64,000 nt of DNA, taken from contig CAJFCJ010000056.1 in the NCBI GenBank assembly GCA_904063045.1, forward strand, positions 6,110 to 70,109. Direction: 5' to 3'. The translations under genes were made by a program, and so were the position numbers. Source of the stretch: Dimorphilus gyrociliatus. Its lineage: Eukaryota; Animalia; Annelida. This document shows, one piece after another, positions 1 to 13,349 of this stretch. Under the pieces are notes generated by a model, which saw only the letters and a list, made by a program, of their open reading frames with translations, searched no databases and was not told the DNA's origin. Numbering within the stretch: the first letter of the stretch is position 1; every line of letters begins with the position of its first letter.

Positions 1-2953
1 TAGCAGGAGGTGTTTAGACAGAAGACAGATGGCGCTGAATTATACAAGTTATATAGATTTGACAGCAAACTGAACTTTTTTTATCTCAATAACCAATTAA
101 AATGTTCTATCATTTAGAGAAAATTTTTTGAGGATTTTCTTTGAAGATAGTCAATTTTTATATTTGTGCTCAATTATTACTATCCAAAAGATGAAAATCT
201 TCCAAATTAAATCCATTTTTGGTGAAAAATGAAACTGAAACTGAAACTGAAACTATAAAGTTCTAAATTGTTTAATTTAGAGGAAAGTATATATGCCATT
301 AATAATTGAACAGTTGTTAGCTTAGTTTTGTAACTAGTTGCTTTGAGGTGAAATTGCAATACAACAAATTACAAACATGGCAGAGTTGATAGCCCACCGA
401 AATGCCTCAATGAATGAACTATTGACCTTCAAAGAGAAAGCAGCAAAAGTTAAAGAAGTAGACAAGTATTTAACTAAAATTAATAAATTAATTAATAATT
501 AATTTTATTTTTTTTTCACTTTTTCAAATTTTGAAATAATTTAATTTCAGAAATACAAATGAATCAGTTGTTTTGTCAAACAAACAAACTTTTTATGAAG
601 TTTTGACTATTTTGGAGTGTAAATTGTGTTGTAATATTTTAGCTAATTCTCTGATTTTACCTTGTGGCCATCTGCTGGCTTGTACACAATGTCTATTGAG
701 TCTTCAAAAACCTGAGTGTCCATCCTGCAGAGCTTTCATCAGAGGCTATGTGATTATTAATACGGATTTGGATAGCATAAACCTCCATTATGGAAATCAT
801 CCATCACTGGACTATTGTTATTCAGAGTAACTACTTTTAATTGATGTATCTTTTACTGCAAATGTTCTTAAATAAAATGGCATAGAAATAATTCATGCAC
901 TTATTCTTTCTCTATCATGTATATTGATGTTGATATTGATGTTGATTTTTTACTGTCAAACAAAACAGCTGACAAGTTCTCATGAAATCTTGATTACAAC
1001 TCGCATAAAATTATTTATAAGTCATTATTTTATGATACTTTAGAAATATCGACCTTTGCTTTGTTCAAGAATTGTATATATTGAAAAATTATGTACTAAA
1101 ATGGTTAATTAAGAATATCATGGATATAGGTTCTAAGGTCAAAAATGTGTATAAATTCTAATATTTTCAATTACAAATGAAATTTATGATTAGGAATAGT
1201 TTTTTTCTGTAAGATAGATGACCTATCAAACACCAAGGAAAAATGATCCTACTGCAATTGAGCCTGCCTAAAATGACCATTTGAGACATAGCAGCAAAAA
1301 AAAAATTAATTGTAGACCAGTCATGGTGCAGAATATAAAATACAAATTCAAACAATTTAAAGAATAAATGATCTGCATTGGCTTGGTAGACTACATAACT
1401 CAAAATAGACAGTTGGAAAAGTTTAAATAGTATTGAGTTAAGTCTACAGTTTTCTAAAAGGCATCTTTATTGAACTTATATGCACAGTAGTGGTAGTGTC
1501 ATAGTTTCTGGATTTATAAAATATAATGGACAGAGAGAGAGAGAGAGGACATGTTTTTGCAATTTTGTTCAATGATAGCCCTTCTTTGTGTTTTTCAACA
1601 ACTAAACAATAAATTACTTTATCAATGACCACCATTTCTTTAATAACCAAAGATATAATTATAATATGATGATTTCCTATTTGATTTATGCAGCTTAGAC
1701 TACAATTTTGAGGAAATGATCAATACTAGAACAATTTTCAACAACCTTTTTGCAAAATACAATGAAAAAGATTAATTTTGACACTGTGTAGTTAATTCAC
1801 AACAAATTATAAAATGCTTGGTTAATTTTCATTAACAATAATTATTATTGCTATTTACAGCTTAAAAAGTATAGATAGTGTACAAAAATAAATTCCATAT
1901 TCAATTTTTCCAATAGCCTTTTCAGTTTTCAATCTATATATCTCTGTTCTAAAACTTTTACTCCCTTTGGGACAGTCTTTGTGAATCATAATAACCAAAG
2001 TTTAATAGTGAGATTAGGGGCAAGTTAAATGGTGATATTATATAAGTGAGCCTTTTCAAAAACTAGATAAGGAGACACAAATGGGGAGACAGACAGGTCT
2101 GTGAGAAAAATAATATAAGCTAACACAAAAAGCTTGTATTGTTCAATTTTGCAGAACTCTTGAAAGTAAAATTTATAATATCATTGAGTTGTTTGATAAA
2201 GTATGTTAATAACAAGAGTATGGTACGGCTTTGGTATTTGCTTAATAATAAGTGTATTTGGAATATTAATGCATATAAAGAAAAAACCCTATTTACTGAA
2301 AAAATATTTTTATGATAATGATATAGTTACTCAAGAAAAATTACAGAATAACAAGGTATTTAAAAATAAAATTTGAAATTTTCAATAATTATTCTCATTG
2401 CAGAGTTTATTTACTAATTTGGATAAAATGAAATTGTATGTGTTGTGTATACCAGAAAAAGGATTTGCTAATACTATAAGGGCAATAATAGCTTGTAAAA
2501 TTCTATCAGAAGTCTTAAATAGAACTACATTAATATATTCAAATATTCCAAAACAAGACTGCTCCATTAATACATATTTTAATCTTGACTCTTTTCAAGT
2601 TGTTGAGAATTATGAGTTAAGAAATTATACATTTTCTACATATAGAATTCTTTATTCTAATGTAACAATTATTCAAAAACTAATGGCTAATAAGGAGAAA
2701 ATTTTTGCTGTAAGAACCTATAGTTTCTTTTTAAGGAAAAAAACATTAAATAAACTTAGATTTTCAACAAAAAAATTCAAGAGAATAAAACGAAATCTAA
2801 GCCTGTTTTTAGAATATTTTGAGAAACTGTTTAAACCTAAGGGATTACTTTTAACTCAACTTCAAATGCATAAAAACAATTTGAACAAATACAAAAGGGT
2901 CAAATGTATTCAAATAAGAACTGGCTGGACTGAATATGATCACCCAAATAAAT
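1..2953 (+). repeat. Left arm of ~3-kb inverted duplication (fold-back palindrome)
   Basis: Bases 1-2953 are the reverse complement of 3089-6034: the window starts tagcaggaggtgtttagac and 6016-6034 reads gtctaaacacctcctgcta. The same RING ORF is translated on both strands. The differences I found are 1-nt indels. Confidence 0.97.
377..830 (+). CDS. Small RING-finger protein (IAP/MDM2-type C3HC4), 2 exons: 377-465 and 551-830
   Basis: Motif CKLCCNILANSLILPCGHLLACTQCLLSLQKPECPSCR. ATG at 377 and a phase-2 GT-AG intron (466-550) join in frame with the 573-830 ORF. No BIR domain seen. Confidence 0.8.
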
Positions 2954-2964
2954 TGGATATTTAG
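2203..2964 (+). pseudogene. NodZ/FUT8-like GT-B fucosyltransferase, 3'-truncated at the palindrome centre (exons 2203-2355, 2404-2964)
   Basis: Exon 1 encodes a type II membrane anchor (MLITRVWYGFGICLIISVFGILMHIKK). A 48-bp phase-0 intron joins it to the ORF with motifs KGFANTIR and CIQIRTG. Paralogous to 21498-22424 but stops after motif I. Confidence 0.7.
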
Positions 2965-3838
2965 TAATGCTCTTGATATAATGTTTCGGATATCACTGTC
3001 AAGTGTAATAATACAATTGATGATGTATCTTCTCCAGCGGATGTTATATTTTCAAGATTTAAGATATCTTGAATGCATTTTTGAATCCATTTATTTGGGT
3101 GATCATATTCAGTCCAGCCAGTTCTTATTTGAATACATTTGACCCTTTTGTATTTGTTCAAATTGTTTTTATGCATTTGAAGTTGAGTTAAAAGTAATCC
3201 CTTAGGTTTAAACAGTTTCTCAAAATATTCTAAAAACAGGCTTAGATTTCGTTTTATTCTCTTGAATTTTTTTGTTGAAAATCTAAGTTTATTTAATGTT
3301 TTTTTCCTTAAAAAGAAACTATAGGTTCTTACAGCAAAAATTTTCTCCTTATTAGCCATTAGTTTTTGAATAATTGTTACATTAGAATAAAGAATTCTAT
3401 ATGTAGAAAATGTATAATTTCTTAACTCATAATTCTCAACAACTTGAAAAGAGTCCAAGATTAAAATATGTATTAATGGAGCAGTCTTGTTTTGGAATAT
3501 TTGAATATATTAATGTAGTTCTATTTAAGACTTCTGATAGAATTTTACAAGCTATTATTGCCCTTATAGTATTAGCAAATCCTTTTTCTGGTATACACAA
3601 CACATACAATTTCATTTTATCCAAATTAGTAAATAAACTCTGCAATGAGAATAATTATTGAAAATTTCAAATTTTATTTTTAAAACCTTGTTATTCTGTA
3701 ATTTTTCTTGAGTAACTATATCATTATCATAAAAATATTTTTTCAGTAAATAGGGTTTTTCTTTATATGCATTAATATTCCAAATACACTTATTATTAAG
3801 CAAATACCAAAGCCGTACCATACTCTTGTTATTAACAT
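2961..3838 (-). pseudogene. Inverted copy of the fucosyltransferase gene, extending through the palindrome spacer
   Basis: Same sequence as 2203-2953 with an extra G near 3448. Continues HPNKWIQKCIQDILNL..SIVL, homologous to HPRSWSERCVKEALNI..STIL of the 21498 paralog, then is cut by the fold-back junction. Confidence 0.7.
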
Positions 3839-6034
3839 ACTTTATCAAACAACTCAATGATATTATAAATTTTACTTTCAAGAGTTCTGCAAATTGAACA
3901 ATACAAGCTTTTGTGTTAGCTTATATTATTTTTCTCACAGACCTGTCTGTCTCCCCATTTGTGTCTCCTTATCTAGTTTTTGAAAAGGCTCACTTATATA
4001 ATTCACCATTTAACTTGCCCCTAATCTCACTATTAAACTTTGGTTATTATGATTCACAAAGACTGTCCCAAAGGGAGTAAAAGTTTTAGAACAGAGATAT
4101 ATAGATTGAAAACTGAAAAGGCTATTGGAAAAATTGAATATGGAATTTATTTTTGTACACTATCTATACTTTTTAAGCTGTAAATAGCAATAATAATTAT
4201 TGTTAATGAAAATTAACCAAGCATTTTATAATTTGTTGTGAATTAACTACACCAGTGTCAAAATTAATCTTTTTCATTGTATTTTGCAAAAAGGTTGTTG
4301 AAAATTGTTCTAGTATTGATCATTTCCTCAAAATTGTAGTCTAAGCTGCATAAATCAAATAGGAAATCATCATATTATAATTATATCTTTGGTTATTTAA
4401 AGAAATGGTGGTCATTGATAAAGTAATTTATTGTTTAGTTGTTGAAAAACACAAAGAAGGGCTATCATTGAACAAAATTGCAAAAACATGTCCTCTCTCT
4501 CTCTCTCTGTCCATTAATTTTATAAATCCAGAAACTATGACACTACCACTACTGTGCATATAAGTTCAATAAAGATGCCTTTTAGAAAACTGTAGACTTA
4601 ACTCAATACTATTTAAACTTTTCCAACTGTCTATTTTGAGTTATGTAGTCTACCAAGCCAATGCAGATCATTTATTCTTTAAATGTTTGAATTTGTATTT
4701 TATATTCTGCACCATGACTGGTCTACAATTAATTTTTTTTTTGCTGCTATGTCTCAAATGTCATTTTAGGCAGGCTCAATTGCAGTAGGATCATTTTTCC
4801 TTGGTGTTTGATAGGTCATCTATCTTACAGAAAAAAACTATTCCTAATCATAAATTTCATTTGTAATTGAAAATATTAGAATTTATACACATTTTTGACC
4901 TTAGAACCTATATCCATGATATTCTTAATTAACCATTTTAGTACATAATTTTTCAATATATACAATTCTTGAACAAAGCAAAGGGTCGATATTTCTAAAG
5001 TATCATAAAATAATGACTTATAAATAATTTTATGCGAGTTGTAATCAAGATTTCATGAGAACTTGTCAGCTGTTTTGTTTGACAGTAAAAAAATCAACAT
5101 CAATATCAACATCAATATACATGATAGAGAAAGAATAAGTGCATGAATTATTTCTATGCCATTTTATTTAAGAACATTTGCAGTAAAAGATACATCAATT
5201 AAAAGTAGTTACTCTGAATAACAATAGTCCAGTGATGGATGATTTCCATAATGGAGGTTTATGCTATCCAAATCCGTATTAATAATCACATAGCCTCTGA
5301 TGAAAGCTCTGCAGGATGGACACTCAGGTTTTTGAAGACTCAATAGACATTGTGTACAAGCCAGCAGATGGCCACAAGGTAAAATCAGAGAATTAGCTAA
5401 AATATTACAACACAATTTACACTCCAAAATAGTCAAAACTTCATAAAAAGTTTGTTTGTTTGACAAAACAACTGATTCATTTGTATTTCTGAAATTAAAT
5501 TATTTCAAAATTTGAAAAAGTGAAAAAAAATAAAATTAATTATTAATTAATTTATTAATTTTAGTTAAATACTTGTCTACTTCTTTAACTTTTGCTGCTT
5601 TCTCTTGAAGGTCAATAGTTCATTCATTGAGGCATTTCGGTGGGCTATCAACTCTGCCATGTTTGTAATTTGTTGTATTGCAATTTCACCTCAAAGCAAC
5701 TAGTTACAAAACTAAGCTAACAACTGTTCAATTATTAATGGCATATATACTTTCCTCTAAATTAAACAATTTAGAACTTTATAGTTTCAGTTTCAGTTTC
5801 AGTTTCATTTTTCACCAAAAATGGATTTAATTTGGAAGATTTTCATCTTTTGGATAGTAATAATTGAGCACAAATATAAAAATTGACTATCTTCAAAGAA
5901 AATCCTCAAAAAATTTTCTCTAAATGATAGAACATTTTAATTGTTATTGAGATAAAAAAAGTTCAGTTTGCTGTCAAATCTATATAACTTGTATAATTCA
6001 GCGCATCTGTCTTCTGTCTAAACACCTCCTGCTA
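3089..6034 (-). repeat. Right arm of ~3-kb inverted duplication
   Basis: Reverse complement of 1-2953. The ~130-bp spacer (about 2954-3088) is unique and continues the fucosyltransferase coding sequence on the minus strand. Confidence 0.97.
5209..5660 (-). CDS. Inverted duplicate of the small RING-finger gene
   Basis: Translation identical to 573-830. Exon 1 carries a 1-nt indel (ctcttgaag vs ctctttgaag). Confidence 0.7.
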
Positions 6035-6459
6035 GAATTCATAGAATGTATATAAGGAAACCATAGACCCAAACATCCCAAAGAATTATTTTATATCAGA
6101 CATAAAGAATCTCATGGCAGTATTCCAGTTTTTCCACCTGGAAATATGTTAGGTATAAATAATGATTAATTTTTCTAAGATAACCTCAGAGTTGTTGTTA
6201 AAATGATTTTGAATGATCACAAATCATTCCTATACTTTTACCCTAAATCACCCTAATCTCTCCTTAACCTTTTTCATCACCCATAACCCTTAGACTAGAC
6301 TCTCCTAAGTGCATTTTATTTGCTATCTTGTTCTTTGTTACCAGTTTTCAATTGAAGTTTTCTGCAAAAAAATTGGTGACATTACTTAAAAATCACTTAT
6401 TTTTGAAAGTGTTAGAGTTTGAAGGAAATACTTTAATAGAATCTAAAGACTATGAATTT

Positions 6460-7300
6460 TGTACTTTGTTGTATTGTAATTGAGGAATTTCTGGTTTGTC
6501 ACAACTGTAATTGTCCTTTCCAATCATTTACCACTTGCCAAAGTACTCCAAATAGAACCTTTAAAGTTCGTCCACAAATAGTCTAACAAAGGCAATTTTG
6601 GTAGAAATTAATTAACAAAACACCAGTATTTCGTGCAAAGAATATGTATTGAGTAAAATGAGCTTCTAGTTCTAAACAAGCTAGTTTAAACAACTAGCTG
6701 ATGGTTAGAAAACTGAACTATCAACTGTTAATTTCGTAGGGTTTATATACTCTTTTAAGGGTTGATAGTTCACAAATTTCAATGTTCACAAAAACAAAAG
6801 TAACATTTGAAGACAAAGAAAAGTTGTAAATATGGTCACGTTTTTATTGTTTTCCTCTTCTAAATAATAGTTGAATTTCTCAGGTTGGAGAGTTGCATAA
6901 GATGTAACAATTTTAGTAGGACAAGTCCAACAATCAAGAAAACATGTAGATTGTATATTTGACCGTTTTTATATTCTACCTTAATAATGATATTGAATTG
7001 ATTGAGTTAGTAAATTTAGCATCAGCATATGCAGAGGAAGTATATCTGATTAATGCATGTTAAAAAGAACAGTATTGTGTATACAATACTGTTGAATAGT
7101 GAATATAATCTAAACTTAGAATTTAAGCATAATTGATAATTAATTGAACTAGTTTTAGTTCGAAATCATAAATGTATGGATTAATAAATTGTAATATTAA
7201 TGCTAGGTTGCAAATAGCAAATATTCTTTATATAATTCAATAGGTTTTATTGCTGCATAATGTGTATGCACTGCCCTATGTGAAACTAGGTCACTACTGC
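6460..7300. repeat. Unclassified interspersed repeat (parts recur at 20240, 20630, 26940, 54730 and inverted at about 35760-36210)
   Basis: Block gtactttgttgtattgtaattg...ccaatcattta...atagaacctt recurs at several loci. 6690-6965 is reverse-complementary to about 35860-36110. Internal 12-bp inverted repeat tgaactatcaac / gttgatagttca at 6714-6772. Confidence 0.65.
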
Positions 7301-8223
7301 TTATCTTTATCAGTGCTATCTGTATAGTACAATACTGGTTCAATACTACTTCTCTATTGTAGAATATAGCTGACGAATGTATGTGTACAAATTTATAAAA
7401 TATATCTTCAAACTGGATTCTCTAGAAAGACTAAAATTACCAAAAATAGATTTTTTTGATAATAAATTAGACTTGAATGATAAATAAATTAAGTTGAAAT
7501 TGAAATCTGTAGCATGTTCAAATAATGATCATAGTAATAATTTATTATCAATCAATCACAATACAAGGATTGAAAAAATCAATTCTCTTTTTTCAAATTT
7601 ACTTCAAAACTGGAATATTTTAAATTGTAAATTTTTAAATTTTTTTCTATTGTATCTTTTTCTAACAGTCCCGTTTACAAAAATCCTTGTAAGTTGCTAT
7701 TTCTAGTTTGTCTTCATTCATTCATTGTTTTGTTATTAAATATTTTAATTTCTACTTTATTATGAACTTTTGTTCTTGGAAATCTTTTAAATAGCCTGAA
7801 GTACATGAAATGGAGTCCAGGGCTGGGTTAGGATACAACCACAAAACTGTGGGCAATTTCAAAAATTTTTAAATATATATAGTGTGCAACTTTTGTGTTA
7901 TTTTACATCTTGATCTATATTACTCTATCCAACTCATCTGATTATCTAACCTAAATATGAAAACACACCAAGACTTCATCCCCCAATTATATTTCAATGA
8001 GTCATCCTAGAGGTTTAACTATTTGGAAAAGGTGTGGCAAAGCTATTTTTCAATTAGTCCATCAACCAACCAACCAAACTTTATCCCTGCTCATGGAAAA
8101 TGAATTACACAACTAATCTAAAAGTTAATGAGAAATAGAAACTGCAAAGTATGGCCAATAGAATATGTATTGAGTAAATGAGTTCAAACAACAAAGCTAG
8201 AATTAAGAGAAAAGATTCATACT

Positions 8224-10393
8224 CTATACTTTCTTCAGAAAATAATAAGTATATTTTGATATTGCCTTCACTTCATTACTGTTTATATAAGCAATATTTA
8301 CTTCTGAGAAATCATAGAATCGAATCAATTTCTTTTTATAGTTATAGAAAACAGCAGAAATAAGCCTATACACTTCCTGCTTGTCAGGAAACAAAGGATC
8401 ATCATTAAAAGAAATCTTATAGTTTTTACCTATAATGTAATAACCCAAATTATTGTGATAATCCACTCTATTGGTGAAAACATTAAATACTATAGATTGT
8501 GAATTCAAATCTCTGAGACAATAGAGATTGTTAAACTGTGTGTTGTCAATTTTTATATAACAGGCTAAATAAGTTTTATTTAGGAATGAAGTAGCATTTT
8601 CAATAAATTCCCTAGTGAATATCTCTATATTGAGTTGCTGTACAATAAAATTTCTCTCCTCCAGGTTTGGTATATCATAAGAGAGAAATCTAAAATCTTT
8701 ACTCTGAAGGGAGAGTAATTTTGTTATTTTATATTTTCCCATTTTATCACAGGATTGAATATGAAATCCAATTGGAAAATGATTACTAAACGTTATGGTG
8801 TAATCAACAAATCCGTCCAACTTGAAATATTTAATTAGTTCTCCTTTTAAAAAAAGCCTTTTAACAAATCCAAAAAAAAGTCATTAATAATTAAAAAAGA
8901 ATCTTTGAAAGTATTTTTTTAAGTGTAACTCACCTGTCGTACTCTTTGTTTTTTCCCTTATTTGTTCCAACTTTTGGAGTACATTGTATAATATTTGTGG
9001 TTTCTAACATATTGTCCAAGAGGGCTCTATCCTCTGCAGAACAGTAACTTGCTGACCAGTTTAAATCTCCACCAATAATAAAATCTGTATCATTCTGGTA
9101 AATTTAAAAATATAAAATTTTCAGAATATTTACAAGAAATTTCTACACAAAAAAAATTCTCTCTGTAAGAATTGAATTTTTAGTTAACCTCTGTTTCCTC
9201 TAATTCTTCAGGAATTTTTAAAAGTTTAGATAATTCTCCAAAAGTTGGGATATTTTCCTTTAGCCTCCTTATCTGGACGACTATGCAAAGGAATAAATGT
9301 GAATTTATCAACTTGACAATATTTTGTTTGAAAAGTAGCAATTAATGGTGGTCTAGAAAATTTTTCTTTTTCCTTATCCTCATATTCTTTACATTTAGAA
9401 CAAACAAGGTATTTTGTATTATAGAGAAGGAAATATCTTTCACAATTGTGGTATTCCTTGCCAAATAATGCGTAATATGGAGATTCTCCATTTGATACTA
9501 ATTCTGTATTTATAGACCTCAAAATCTCGGAAAAATTTGGAAGTTTCTTTTTGTCTTTTGCTACTTCTTGTAAGAGAAGGAGATCAAAACTTTTAACTGT
9601 CTGTTATCAATTTTACAGTTTGTAAATAAAACAAAAAAAGCACTTAATTTTAAAATTATAATTAATTATACTTTTTTAAATTGATTTTTAACTTCCTCAT
9701 TTTCACCCTTATGAGATAAATTATTTAAAATTAACTACTTTGAGAAAATGTTGAATTTATATATTAACCAAATCTTTTTTTTGTATGTTGAATGCTCCAA
9801 TTCTTAAAGAATGAATTCTATCATGTTTAACTTTGAATTTAATAACCACAGAACATTTTTTAAAATTTTCAACATTATTCAATGGAATTTCTTTTATTGA
9901 AAACAAGAAAAATTAATCAATTTTGAAATATTGAATGTTTCAACTCACTGTAAATACTACAGTTTTCTTCGTACTTAAAAACACAGGTTTCACGAACAAA
10001 TTGAACAGAACACAATATTTCTGGTTGAAATATCTTTAAAGTAAATTTTCCCTCTCCATTATGGGTTTCATGCCATTTTGAAAATAATTTTAAAGAGCTT
10101 TTTCTGTTTACATCCTACCAGTTTTAACAAAAAGAAAGTAATTGTAAAATTGTTTTTTTTTTAAATTATTTTCAATAGTTACATATTTAGCATCATGATA
10201 GAAAAATATTCCATTTGGAACATTTTCATCCATGAAATTAAAATCCCCATCCAAAGTAAAATCTAAAAAGAAGAAATTTTTTTCTCTGTGAAATAAATCA
10301 AAAGTGGAAAAGTTTACTTTGAAATTCCTGGTGAAGAAGGTATTTAATGTCTAAAACAATTTTGTGAGAATTTGGATCTATTGCCATTTCTAT
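8224..10393 (-). CDS. DNase I-like (EEP superfamily) endonuclease with N- and C-terminal extensions, multi-exon, several 1-nt frameshifts
   Basis: DNase I motifs occur in the correct order across exons: LRIGAFNIQ (about 9790), FDLLLLQEV (about 9575), ERYFLLY, FSRPP..FIPLHSRP (about 9280), IIGGDLN (about 9070), EYDR|LFLKG (spliced at about 8935/8857), FSNHFPI (about 8785). Start codon not located. Confidence 0.8.
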
Positions 10394-10862
10394 CTAAATA
10401 AAAAATGCTTAATAGAGTTGACAAGCAGCAATGGTCAAATAAGAATGTTGTAGACAACAATAAAATTTTCAATCAATAATTAGAAATTATAGTAGCTTAT
10501 TAATTGAAACTGTACCTGGGTGAAAATGTACCCAAGTGAAGCTGTACCCAGGTGAAATTGTACCACTTTTTTAGTAAAACTGTACCCATGAAATTCTAGA
10601 TGTTTAATTGGTAATATTAAAGAAAATAATACTAAATAAACATTTAATAATAAAAGAGAAAAAATATGAAAAAATTGAGAATAAAAAAAAAGAAAACTAT
10701 TGAGCATAAACATAAAATGTTTGAACTAATAATTCATTAGCCATTAGCCATCCAAGTTTATAATTTTTTTAAATTTCAAAAAAATTTATTTAAATTAACT
10801 GACATGTGAGTTTTTACTATATGAACATTAATGATTTGCAATAATCTATATTAAAACTCTAA

Positions 10863-11183
10863 ATGTTGACTATGAAAGAGTTCAAGTAAGAAAATAGTTA
10901 TTTTTTTATTCTTATTATTTTATCTTTTGTTTCTGATTTCAGGAATTCAGAAATATATTCAAATGAATATTGTCAATTAAAAGAGACTTTGGAGTGTAAA
11001 ATATGCTATAATAACATGGCTAATACTTTGTTTCTACCTTGTTGTCATTTACTAAGCTGTATAGACTGTACAATGAAACTTTCAAGATTAGAATGCCCAT
11101 ACTGTAAGAATATGATTCGAGGATATGTCATTACAAAAAGTGATACTGATATATTGAACTTGAATTCTTCAAGTGAGAAATAA
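10863..11183 (+). CDS. Small RING-finger protein paralog 2 (exons 10863-10885, 10943-11183)
   Basis: CKICYNNMANTLFLPCCHLLSCIDC..ECPYCK motif. Same phase-2 intron position (aa|gt...ag) as the 377-830 gene. Confidence 0.75.
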
Positions 11184-11271
11184 ACAGGAATATATGAAGT
11201 TGATGCCAGACTAGACTATAGCATTTGTAGGGTTTGGATAGTTTTCATTCTAGACTAAATTTAACTTTTTT

Positions 11272-13349
11272 GGGGTCGGGTGTGAACGTACCTGGGTGCG
11301 AACGTACCCGGGTGCGAACGTACCCTGGGCGGGTGCGAACGTACCCTGGGCGGGTGCGAACGTACCTGGGTACGTTCGCACCCTATTTTTATATTTATTT
11401 TATTTTTGAATTTTTGAATAAACATGTACATTGACACCCTTTTTTCCTTCTGTTCCTTCATTATATATTTGTTAATATATTGATTTGATAGAATGCAGAT
11501 ATTAAATAGAATACATATCCCATCAATATTAAATTACTACTTTAAAAGAAAATGTTGTTGAAAGTGAAATAGCAGCCATTTTAATAGTGATAGTTTTATT
11601 AAATAAACTTTCACTTGGAATATTTATCCTTGCAAAAGTAAAGCTATATTTACTGAATAAATTTGGACAAAGTTCTTCTTGGAAGCTTCAACAGAAGTGA
11701 GTATTTATATCTAATCATTGAGATTGTTGATTCATGATATTTTGATGTAATATACTATCTTCAATTGTGAAAAAGCTGAATATTTTTCATAAATAAAATT
11801 TCAGCCATTTTGAATATTTGGAAAGGAAATTTATTGATAACTGGAAATATTTTTAGATAACCATCTACATTTGATTGAAGATTAAAAAATGGCTTTCAAA
11901 TGTCACAATTGTCATTCAACAATTTATGGAAGGCAAAAATATTTGAAATGCAGCCTTTGTAAGAATCTTATTCATAGGAAATGCACAGGTATGTAACTCT
12001 TTAATCAGCTTTCATGTAATTATATTTTTTAACATATTCTTATAGAAACACATAACATACCAATTTGCAAACCTTGTAACAAAAGAAAATGTACTGTCAT
12101 GCTCAAGAAGTTAACTAATCTGGAAATTCATCAATTCAAAGTAAATTCTGAAGAAAGCTTTATTGATGAAAGAAATAAGATTGCTGCAGTTGAGGAATCA
12201 ATATTGGAGGATGAAAATCATGTTCTTTCAGAATGCCAATCAATGGACCTAGACTCTTTGGAGGAAGTTGAAGAGAATGCTGAAGAATATTGTGAATCAT
12301 CCACAAAAAGTGATTTTGAGATTGTAAAAGGAGGAAGTAGAAAGGGACATGACATTTTACTGAATGATGGATATTCTTTTGTTGTTAAACATAAAACACC
12401 ATCAAGTACTATTTGGGTGTGCAGTGTGAGAAGTAAGAAGAAAAGATGTGTGGCCAGAATAAGACAAAATGGAAATTTATTTCTCAAAGGCAATTTGGAA
12501 CATAATCACAACAGAAAAAAGAATTTAGAAGTGGATATTAAAGTGAAAACAGATTTGAAAATTGTTTGCAGAAGTGATAATCAAACATCTGGAAGAAGCA
12601 TTGCTGAAAAAGTTCTTCTATCCTATGAACCCAATGCAACTTGTCTTCCTGATATCAACTATTTGAAGAGAATGGCAAACTCAAATAGACAAAAGTTTAG
12701 GCCAGTGGAACCTAAAGTGTACAACTTTAATTTAGATGAAACATTTTTGCCTGATGAATTTTTGCAGAAAGATATTTGTGAAAATGGAGAAAGAATTTTA
12801 ATCTTTGCAACAAACCATCAGCTGAATTTATTATCAAAATCCAACTGTTGTCTATTGTCTATTAGGACCAATAATGATTGTGAAGGATGGCATCAAAGAA
12901 TGAATAGTAAGCTGCCTGCTAAAGGTTCTTTTTACATGCTGGTTGATGAGCTAAAAAAAGAGTCTGAGTTGATTGCAGTTTATGAGAAATTACTGTCAGA
13001 AAAAAGGATTTACAAACATCAAAAGAAAAAGTATATTGACATCCAAAAGAAAATTTTTGATTTATGGGATGATTTCAAGTTGAACAAATTGACATCAATT
13101 GATCTATTAATGCAGACATCCCATATCTACTCTCCAGCATAAATATCATTTGTCAAGCTTTATTGTTTTTTAGTATAATATTTAGTCTTTTAAATACATA
13201 CTTTTAGATTTATAGCTAAATCTTTTATTCAAAAATTCAAAAATAAAATAAATATAAAAATAGGGTGCGAACGTACCCAGGTACGTTCGCACCCGCCCAG
13301 GGTACGTTCGCACCCGGGTACGTTCACACCCAGGTACGTTCGCACCCCA
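11272..13349 (+). mobile_element. Mutator-like (MULE) DNA transposon, internally deleted, with ~150-bp TIRs built of gggtgcgaacgtacc subrepeats
   Basis: 11272-11420 and about 13205-13349 are inverted copies and enclose a FLYWCH/MULE-type ORF. No clean TSD found. Confidence 0.85.
11889..13142 (+). CDS. MULE transposase derivative: PHD-like finger + FLYWCH + C-terminal region, catalytic DDE core absent (exons 11889-11988, 12046-13142)
   Basis: Exon 1 MAFKCHNCHSTIYGRQKYLKCSLCKNLIHRKC splices in frame to ...ICKPC. FLYWCH-type GYSF..WVCSVR..RCVARI..EHNH. LLSKSN is joined directly to IRTNNDCEGWH, with no DGTF or C-x-FH motifs. Confidence 0.7.

Noticed and set aside
11272-11380. CRISPR-like or iteron-like gggtgcgaacgtacc repeats and the ORFs they generate (11234-11434, 11261-11461, 13182-13364)
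   Set aside because: These are TIR subrepeats of a transposon; the repetitive ORFs are artefacts.
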